Assembly: GCF_001447785.1 (NCBI RefSeq)
Contig: NW_015161420.1
Span: 117,730 to 181,729 of the forward strand
Direction: 5' to 3'
From: Gekko japonicus
Lineage: Eukaryota
Length of the DNA stretch: 64,000 bases
The notes under the pieces are model-generated. The model was given only the letters and a program-made list of their open reading frames with translations, made no database searches and was not told the origin of the DNA. Made by a program: the position numbers and the translations under genes. The stretch's first letter is position 1. The number at the start of each line of letters is the position of its first letter. Of the stretch, positions 55,354 to 64,000 are shown piece after piece.

Positions 55354-57981
55354 ATTTTGTGTAGGTTTTCTTTTTTTGTTTTCAGGCTAACACAGGGAAG
55401 AGGGGCTAGGCAGCAAAGATAGTTTAAGTACAAGAAGGTACAAAAAACTGTTCAAAGACTTCAGAATTTGGGCAGAACACTAAATCATGAATAAAATTAA
55501 AAATTACTGGACTAAAAATCAGTGCAACTTGTACTTCAACATCTGCTTTAACAATTCTAATTCCAAATTGTTGAATTTGTGAGCTGGTAGATACCAAAAG
55601 AGACAGCAGAGGATGTAAAATATGTACAGGACTCGAAAGAAAAACTGCAAGAACAGTTTCTCAAGTGCTGTATGCATTTTATGTTCTGTGTGCTCTTAGC
55701 TGCTAACACAGGCTTAACCTGTGCATTAAATCTCTACTTTTCTTTAAAAGTTACTGAATTATAAGTGGTTCTGTACAGCATTCAATCTTTGGCAGAAGGG
55801 CTACATCCATCTTCAGTATTCAGATTTGGTTTTTGTCTGAATACACTGAGAATGTGCACTTAAACTATCGGAACTGCATCAACTAGACTTAGCAAGGGAA
55901 ATATTGAAGCTTTTACTCATTGTTAGACTCCTCCTACCCTTTGATTCTCATTTTAATTTATTTTACTAACCTTTCTAGCCTTGGAAGCGCTTCTTTGAAA
56001 TGCACCAAGCAAGAGTTAATTTGAAAATGGCGATAGTATTCTGAACTAATTTGGTGACATGGAATGGGGCTGTCCAAGTGCAAATGCATCTTGTGCTAGT
56101 ACCTACTGGCGGGAAGTTCTTTCTGTTCATGGGGCTAAATATGCATTGCTAGAGGAAGGGGCCAGGGAATAATAATCCCTTCAACCTAATTGTTCTGAAA
56201 TAACAGGTACTAATTTTTTGGGGAGGGGCTTTCACTTATGTGAATGGTTTCTATAATTAAATCTAATGATCCTGAGTGCAGAGTACAGCTGTGAGCATTA
56301 AAGCACAAAATATACATGGAAAAAAACCCACAAACAGACCCAGTTTTCCGCAGTCAGAAGAATCTGTTAAATTTCAAACATTTTTGCTGTGGGATTTGTT
56401 AGGGTTTTGTCATGCAAGAAAAGGAGGGGGGGGGAAACAGCTGTCATATCCACCCCCACCCCTCTCTGAAGGTGCCCAGGACTCTGCTATAAGGTTTTTA
56501 GAACTGTTGTGAGTTTAACCAACTCTGTTGTCAATGGTACAGTCAACTTGGAAATGTCTGTATTGTATTTGACAGTTTGCCATAAAAACTGAAGTTTGAA
56601 CTTGGTATGTATTTGAATTTATATGCTAAAACCTATCTTTTCTGTTTACAATATTGTAATATCAGTTTTGGAATAATTCAAATATAAAACTGAATGATTT
56701 CTATATAGCAACTTAACTGTAATGGAGCTGCGTCTTGTGTACACTTCTGTACTTAGCCGCCGGCATGACAATCCACAGCCATGCATGATAGAGTGCTGTG
56801 CAATTACCAAGCAGTGTTGGCTGCATCTAAACTGCTGCATCTTGATGAACACCCAGAAGCAGTGGAAAAGCAGAACGATTAGGGGTTGAAGAGAGAACTG
56901 TAGAAATTTCATGTCTCTTGCATTTAACAATTCTTTGTTTTTTAGGATTGTTGCTTATCAGGGAGCAAGTACCATTGAACACACTGAGTTTTCTGAGTGG
57001 ACATGCTTAGATCATGCTGGCCAGCACAAACTGTCATATGATTATTTCTGTCATGCATTTTATTTATGGGACACTATACAGTAAACAAGTACCCGTTAAA
57101 CTTACAGAAGCACACGTGACATATGTTGGAAGGGAAGAAAGTGACAAGGGTTGGGTTTGTTTTTTTTTAGAACACTGCAGGTTGGATCCAGATTGCTAGT
57201 TTCTCTGAGTGCAAGGACTTCCACACACAGGTCCTGATTTTCCTGCCTCATTCCTTCCACAGCAGTCTCAAATCCCTACCACTAATTCTGCTTCTAGTAG
57301 TTTGGCAGTATTTTAGATTGCTAGAGGGGGGCAGCTTCACAAGTGGAAATCTTTGGATTGGTAAATGTTACGCGCCTCTAAGCTAGTGTATTAAAATTCA
57401 GCTGTCAGCATAAAGTTATTGGGTAGTATTATTGTCAGTTTAGCAAACTTTCAGAGGTGCAATTGTCTGCACCTGCATAGCAACCCTGGTATTTCTTTAT
57501 GGTCTTATCCAAGTACTAACTGGGGCTAGCTTAGTTTCTGAGATCTGATGAGATCAGGCTAGCCTCGGCTGTCTGGGTCAGGGCTAGTCCGTTCAAGTTG
57601 CTGTTAACCATTGTATGCTTGGGAAAGTATAATTTACACACCCCCCCAATAAAACTCATAGTACTGCACTAGGGGTTGGACAATCTGCCCCCCCCCCGCT
57701 ATTTTCAACCAGCATGTAATAACAGCCACACCAACCAGGAGGCTGCAGAGAGGAGGGAACAAAATTGCTCTTCTCAGCAGAGCTAGGCTGATGGGAGAGG
57801 GAAATTTGTCATGTTTCTAACCCACATAGCTATTTTGTGACCCTCTGAATCAACTTCCCTGGAAATGTCTGCTGGGAGGAGGGGAAAGTATAATATCCAT
57901 TACATCATCATCTGCTGATAGATCCAGTGCATCTTGTTCCTGTCACTTCCTGCAGTGAGATGGTGTTTGTAAGCAGCTGCT

Positions 57982-60411
57982 TTCTCCCTCTGAGGTGGAG
58001 GATATCTTGTGGGTGATTCCCATCCATCACTTAGGGAGGCAGTCCTAATTTCAATTACTTCCTGTTTCCTGTAGTGGGAGTCACCCTAGGCTCAGTTCTT
58101 TTCCTGCCTCAGAAGGTTTTGGAGGTTGAGGATTGCCGGGCTGGTTGCTCTCTTAATGGGAGGGGGATCTCACAGACCGCCTTCCATGTCATTAAGAGAG
58201 GATACCAATGGATTTCTCTCCACTCCAGAGATAGAGGCTGTGGTGGTGGCCGATGCTCAACCAGCAGAGCAGCATTTACAGAGCCCGTGGCAGCCTCACC
58301 GGCCATTTTGGAGTCCACTGGCCACTCTATGCTTTAAAACAGGAATAGCGAGCAGAGCCTAATCCTGCACATGGCACACACCGAGACCTATGGTTCAAGG
58401 TGGTTCATCGAGCTAGGCATGATTGTGCCGATAATGCTCAAGGGGACGAGGAAGATGACGAGTTGCAGAGCGGTAATGTTAGCAGTCCCCGGTCTGTCCC
58501 CTTATTTCCAAATGTAATGGTCGCCTTTATAAGAGGCATGGGGGAGGAAATAGTGCATTTCTGCAGATCATGGGGCTACTGTGTCCTTCCAACTGGACAG
58601 ATTTTACATCAGATATTTTCATCCCCAGGCGGAGGCCACGGATGCCCTTCTGTTCCCTTGGCCCGAGGGGCTCCTCTATACGTTTCCTCCTCTTCCTGTA
58701 CTTCCCAAGCTTCTCCGGAGGATACAAGTTCTAAGGGCAGAGATCATAGTGATGGCACCATACTGGCATCATCATCCTTGGTTCACGCCACTACCGAGGA
58801 ATGGTGATGACTCTAGCCATTCCTGTCTCAGAAGACATGCTGCTTCATGGTTCAGTTTGGCATCCCAGGCCCAGGTGGTTCTGCTTACCCGCATGGAGAT
58901 TGAAAGGGACAAGCTATCAAAACTAGGCTACAAAGAGCCAGTCATCAATATGATCATGGCCTCTAGAAGGCTGTCTACCCCAAGGATCTACAATACTACT
59001 TGGAAGGCCTTTGTCTGATGGGCTCAGTGGAAGGCTGACCCATTGCATCCAGAAATTAGATCACTACTGGAGTTCCTACAAGGACGGTCTTGTAAGCGGT
59101 CTCAGGGCAGTGACCCAAGAAACAGATGGTGGCCCTGGCTTTAGTCCTGCCCCGGTACAACTGTCTTAACATCCCTCAGCACTCTCACATTCACCATTTC
59201 CTCAGAGGGGCATTATTCAAGGATTCTCCACAGAGACATAGGTTTACAACTTGGAAGCTTAATACTGTTCTCACAGCTCTTACGAAGGAACCCTTTGAGC
59301 CGATGTAGCCATTCTGCTCAAATTCCCAAGGATGAAAACTTTGTTCCTGCTGGCCATTACTTCAGCCAGGAGGATTTCGGAACTAGGCACTCTGTCAATT
59401 CAGTTGGAGCTGTGTTTTTCACAAAGACAAGGTAGTTCTGAGAACAGATTCCACCTTTTTTGCCCAAAGGTCAATACTAAGTTTCACAGATCACAACAGA
59501 TTTGTTTGCCATCTTTTTCTCCAAATTCAACCTATCTGGAGGAAAAGGTTTGGCATACACTGGATGTGAGGAGAGTGCTCAAATGCTATATTCTCAGAAT
59601 AGCCTGCTTCAGACGGACAGAAAATATGTTTGTTAACATTTTTCCTCTTCACACAGGGAGAAAGATGTCTAACTCTGCCATAAGCAACACTATGAGGTCC
59701 TGCATTACTGTAGCCTACAGGAGTAGGAAACGAGTTCCTGCAGGTATCACGGCCCACTCTCTTCGCAGTGCTGCAACGAATATGGCCTTTGCCAACAGGG
59801 CATCGGTGGAGGAAGTCTGTAGGGCTGCTACGTGGTCTTTGTTATCCACATTCATCAGGCATTACAAGATATGTATGACTCTGCTGATGCAGCATTTGGA
59901 CGGAGAGTGCTGCAGTCTGTTCTGACTTTAGATGACGACCACCCCCCAAAAAATTAGGGACACTGCTCTGGGAGGTCCCACAAGATGTCCTCCACCTCAG
60001 AGGGAGAACGACCATTGGTTACTCACCATGAAGGGTCCTTCTCCTCTGAGGCTTGAAGGACATCTTGGCCCTCCCGGGTCATCATTTCCTCTATCTACTA
60101 TGCTGTTCTTTCACACTCTATTTAAAAATAATAATAAGATTATATGAGAGAGAGGACTCACCTTTTTCTTCCTGTTCCAATGTTTGTGATTTGGCTCTTG
60201 TTGATGTTCAAGTTCTCTTTTTTACAGTGGTTAAGTTAGTGTATTGCTTTTGGAGCACCAGAACTGAGCCTAGGGTGACTCCCACTACAGGAAACAGGAA
60301 GTAATTGAAATTAGTCCCGCCTCCCTAAGTGATGGATGGGAATGACCCACAAAATGTCCTCCAAGCCTCAGAGGAGAAGGACCCTTCACGGTGAGTAACC
60401 AATGGTCGTTC
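57982..60411 (+). mobile_element. DIRS1-type tyrosine-recombinase retrotransposon, internally deleted (2.43 kb)
   Basis: Inverted terminal repeats ~57985-58099 / 60260-60372; ICR 59977-60067; methyltransferase-like domain (PWPEGLLYTFPPLP...APYW...PWF); YR motifs AITSARRISEL, AHSLRS, AATWS..TFIRHY. Confidence 0.92.
58890..59925 (+). pseudogene. Disrupted tyrosine recombinase ORF of the DIRS element
   Basis: Catalytic R, HxxR, W and Y motifs in ORF 59332-59925; upstream part broken by stops and frameshifts (59018, 59308). Confidence 0.8.
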
Positions 60412-60869
60412 ACACCAGCTGGTGTCCCCCCCCAATAGTTTTCACCCTCCTTTGCAAACCGTCTGCTTTATCCCCCCAAATCTCAGTCTTTTAGGAAAGA
60501 GAATTGTCAGAGATGTCTACAAATACATGGGAGGTTTTTCTATTAAAAAAAAAAGTTTTAAAACTATTGTTTAATTTCTATGCAATCGCTTACACTCCTC
60601 AAAAATAAAACGGTGGGTGGGTGGTGCTGAGGGTCGCTTGAAAACACAGTTGCAGGAGGGGATCTATGCACAGCTCACAATTGAGAGGGAACATATTACC
60701 CTGGGCTGTCTGGAATCTCCGTTGCAAGGGTGATTTCACACAGAATTGCATCAGCAACCACACTACCATGGAAAATCACCGTGCCCAAGAAGTGCCTTTG
60801 CTGTATGCTGTTCATTCTTGAACTCAACTGTGAAAGGATTACCAGCATCATAGAGCAGCAAGAGGCCAA

Positions 60870-60921
60870 NNNNNNNNNNNNNNNNNNNNNNNNNNNNNNN
60901 NNNNNNNNNNNNNNNNNNNNN
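60870..60921. other. Assembly gap (52 N)
   Basis: Run of N. Confidence 1.
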
Positions 60922-61646
60922 CTGTTATTGTGTGTGGTAAGACATCTCACATGGATACATATCCTTACACATATAACACCAATAGAAAATAGTGCACTCT
61001 CTTCTAGTCACCGGTGTGATGGACTGCACTTTTAAAAGCTTAGAAGTGCTGTGTAAACTGATAGGGACTATGAAGGGTTAATTTTTCAGAGAGGCTTGAG
61101 TGACAGACTGCTCCTGTCTGATTGGTTAGCATCAGCTGAGCAGAGAAAGACTTGTGAACTGGATGCTGAGGAGGATGGAGTCTGATTTCAGCCTTAGCTG
61201 AGAGCAATTTAACACAAACAGAAAACAAATTTTAGGACGTATGTAAGTATGCCAACCCCCGTCTAGCAGGAGGGGTCATTTCTACCAGCAATGGACCCCA
61301 TGGGGTACTCCAGGAGTCCATATACCTGGCATCTTGACATCAGTGGAAACAAAGATGGAAGCCAGGACTGGCAGGCCATACATTTATGCCTAGGATGTGA
61401 CTCTGGAAAGCAGGAGACCTTGCTCTGACAGCTACAGCCCCCCCCCCCCAACACCCTACTGATATCTGCATACTCAAGACAATGGACTCACCTTGCCCCA
61501 GAGTTACTTCTTTCAATCTCAATCGCTAATCCTATATATCTGATCTCATCTTCCCTTCTCACATTTCCTTCATAATAGGAAGCCCTGGCTTCTACCACTT
61601 TCCCACACCCTAAGCCCAGTTAGTTTCCATTTTGATTAGTTTAAAT

Positions 61647-61716
61647 TGTTGTTCAGTCGCACAGTCTAGTCCGACTCTTCGCGACCCCATGGACCAGATC
61701 ACACCAAGCCTTCCCT
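61647..61716 (-). mobile_element. RTE/Bov-B LINE 3' end
   Basis: TTGTTGTTCAGTCGCACAGTCTAGTCCGACTCTTCGCGACCCCATGG is the reverse complement of the 25660 copy. Confidence 0.8.
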
Positions 61717-62422
61717 GAGGAAGGGAAATGGACAGGGCCATCATAACTGGCTCAATATGATGTAGAATGTCAGTTCTCGAAAGAAAATAGAATTTGTATT
61801 GGGTTTTGAAGATACTCCCCATCTACATGGAGTCCTGTTCCATAATAAGTCTTGAGGTGGTTCTGTGAAATTTCTAGTTTTGATAGTCTTAAGTTTGAGA
61901 TATCCTTGTGAAGAGGGTCATATATTTAGTTACACTGGGGTCCCAGCAAAGTTTCCTCGCCAAGTAGTGTTCTCCAGCTCATTGGTGTCCTAGTTAATGC
62001 AGCACATAATCTGCATTTCCCTTGGCTTTGGCAGTTCCATACCCATCCTGTGCCACTGAAAAATCTGTTTCACTAATAGTTCAGTCTTGAGCATGTCATA
62101 CCATGAAAAAGACGTTTGTGTTAGATTCCTGGAATTATTTTCATCCCAACCTCCTGTAGCTATGTGATCCTTTGAAGTGTATTGGATATTAACATTTTAT
62201 AAAAGAGACATGATTTGGTTTGAATAACTTGTATAATTAGGAAGGGAACAAAGTACAATTTAAAGTATTTAGAAAATTTATAGCCCCCCTTTCTGGCTGA
62301 TCAGGGCCACCAAGGCAGCTGACCAAAAAAGCATTATAAAAAGTGCATAATAAAATACATACCTAAAAACACAAAAACATCCATTAGAACTTATAGCAGG
62401 AAGGAGAGATCACTGAGGCAAC

Positions 62423-63387
62423 GAGGAATTTCACATTACCCTTTTTAACCCGTTTTGAAGCCATTTTTGATCCGTCATGGAGTAAACCGGTATAGGGCTG
62501 CCATTTCACACATGGTTTTCCCCTTCCGGTAAAGAGCTGGATCTGAAGTGGTTTGCCATTTCAGATTGCACCGCTTTTTCCCACTTCCCCCCCGCTGTTT
62601 TTTGCCCATGCGGGCGATCTTCAGCTTTTTTGGGGGGGAACATTCGCTTTATTTTATTTATTTATTTATTTTTGGGATTTATATCCCGCCCCATCCCGTA
62701 TTCAGCTCGGGGCGGCTTACAAAGTTAAAATGTCAATACAAAACAACAGCATAATAAAAATATATCCAATATAAAATTTGGTGCTCAATTAATTTATATA
62801 AAAACCAAGATGGACGACGTCCCACACTGGCGGCCAAGTTCTTCACTGCAGGAGCACCAGGAAGAATATTTCTCAGCACTATTGGGCGACATCTACCTCA
62901 TTCATGGGGTAGGTGGTTGGAATATCATTGATGGAACAGTGGCGGCGGCGGCTCCCCCTCAAAGGCCTGGCGGAAGAGCTCCGTCTTACAGACGGCTTTA
63001 GAGCGCTATAGCGCTATAGCACTATAACAAAACACTCCAGGCATTTCAATGGGGTTGGTATAATGCTGTTGCGTTATAACGTTATACTGTTATAGCGCTA
63101 TAAAGCGAAAGTTAAAAAAAAAAAGCCGGAGATCGCCCACGCGGGCGAAAAACGGCGGGGAAAAGCGCATCAGAACCGGGAAAGGAAACTGAAGACTACT
63201 TGGAAGCAGTTGACAGGTAAAACGCTTCAGCCCCGTTTCCTAAATGGGACAGAAGCATTTGTGTCTGAAATTACAAATATATTCTGGTAGGGAACCGGTT
63301 CTAAAACGGTTCTGTCTGAAATTACAGACTAGAAACCGTTTGGGAACCGTTCCTCTTCCAGATTATATCGTCTGTCTGAAATTCCTC
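62423..63387. mobile_element. Harbinger-like non-autonomous transposon containing an L2 3' fragment (~62650-62990)
   Basis: TIRs GAGGAATTTCA / TGAAATTCCTC; 3-bp TSD AAC (62420-62422, 63388-63390); subterminal TTTCA[C/G]A / TCTGAAAT repeats. Confidence 0.7.
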
Positions 63388-63390
63388 AAC

Positions 63391-64000
63391 ATCAGACGAA
63401 ACAAAAATGCATTTGCCCACTGGTGGAAGACAGTGGTAGAAGGGCCAGATGCATATCCCTGGGGATGGAAGTCCATAATACTGCTATCAAAACTGAAAAG
63501 GCCCTCTCTCAGGTTGCTACATGCCTAGCTTCAAAAAGCATAGACACCTAAAGCAGGGCCTCGTAATATGACTGTAGTGGGTAGGTAGGCTTAAGGTATG
63601 CTGGTCTCAAGCCATATAGGGTTTTAAAGGTCAGCACCAGTACCCTGAATTGGGCCCAGAAACAAATTGGGAACCAGGGCAGATGGGCCGAGTCTGGAGT
63701 GATATGGTTCCCACAGTCCACCCCACAGTCAACATCCTCGCTGCAATATTCTGTATCACTTGAAATTTCTGAACACGTTTCAAGGGCAGCCCCAGGCAGA
63801 GCACACTGCAGCAGTCCAATCTAGATGATACCAGGACATGAACCACAGTGGCCAGATAGTTTCTGCCCAGGAAACATCGCAGCTTATTTACCAGTTGATG
63901 CTGGTAAAAGGCATTTCACCACTGACACCTGCTTATCCAGCAGTAGACCTAGGTCCAGCAACACCCCCAAACTGCAGACCTGTTCCTTCTGGGGGAGTAC
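63391..64000 (-). mobile_element. L2-clade LINE ORF2 fragment (its 3' end lies at ~62275-62419, left of the inserted transposon)
   Basis: ORF 63631-63846 VHVLVSSRLDCCSVLCLGLPLKRVQKFQVIQNIAARML. Confidence 0.8.

Noticed and set aside
60696-60869. Possible minus-strand exon ending at a CAGG|GTAAT donor next to the gap
   Set aside because: No recognisable protein, acceptor hidden by the N-run, and no partner exons found.

Overview
Vertebrate genomic DNA. The Sauria-type and gecko-type SINEs point to a squamate reptile, probably a gecko. The window contains one complete protein-coding gene on the + strand, antizyme inhibitor 1 (AZIN1). It has a CpG-island/TATA promoter at ~20.3 kb, two leader exons (~20351-20663 and 34191-34328), ten coding exons (40573-54804, 447 aa) and a 3' UTR reaching ~55.4-56.7 kb. 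The ORF track misses several layers of post-transcriptional control that can be read from the sequence. (1) An AUU-initiated 52-codon upstream conserved coding region (uCC) is split across a 13.5-kb intron and ends ...AEPPWEPS*, the known polyamine/eIF5A sensor. (2) Three AUG uORFs are packed stop-to-start around it, and four tandem stops follow the uCC. (3) An upstream alternative 3' splice site would add a premature-stop (NMD) extension to coding exon 4. (4) An exon 11/exon 12 RNA duplex covers the codon equivalent to the human S367G A-to-I editing site, which is Asn (AAC) here. The rest of the window is repeat-rich. It holds the 5' LTR+PBS of a young Gypsy-like element, an internally deleted DIRS1 element with intact ITR/ICR architecture, and a TSD-flanked ORF1-only (HAL1-like) L1 derivative. 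It also holds a tailless U2 snRNA retrocopy, Penelope-end hairpins (one with a hammerhead-like core), Sauria, Squam-like and 5S-derived SINEs, L1/L2/CR1/RTE fragments, hAT and Harbinger MITEs, and a 52-nt assembly gap. Gene and family names come from recalled motifs, not database searches, and repeat boundaries without TSDs are approximate.
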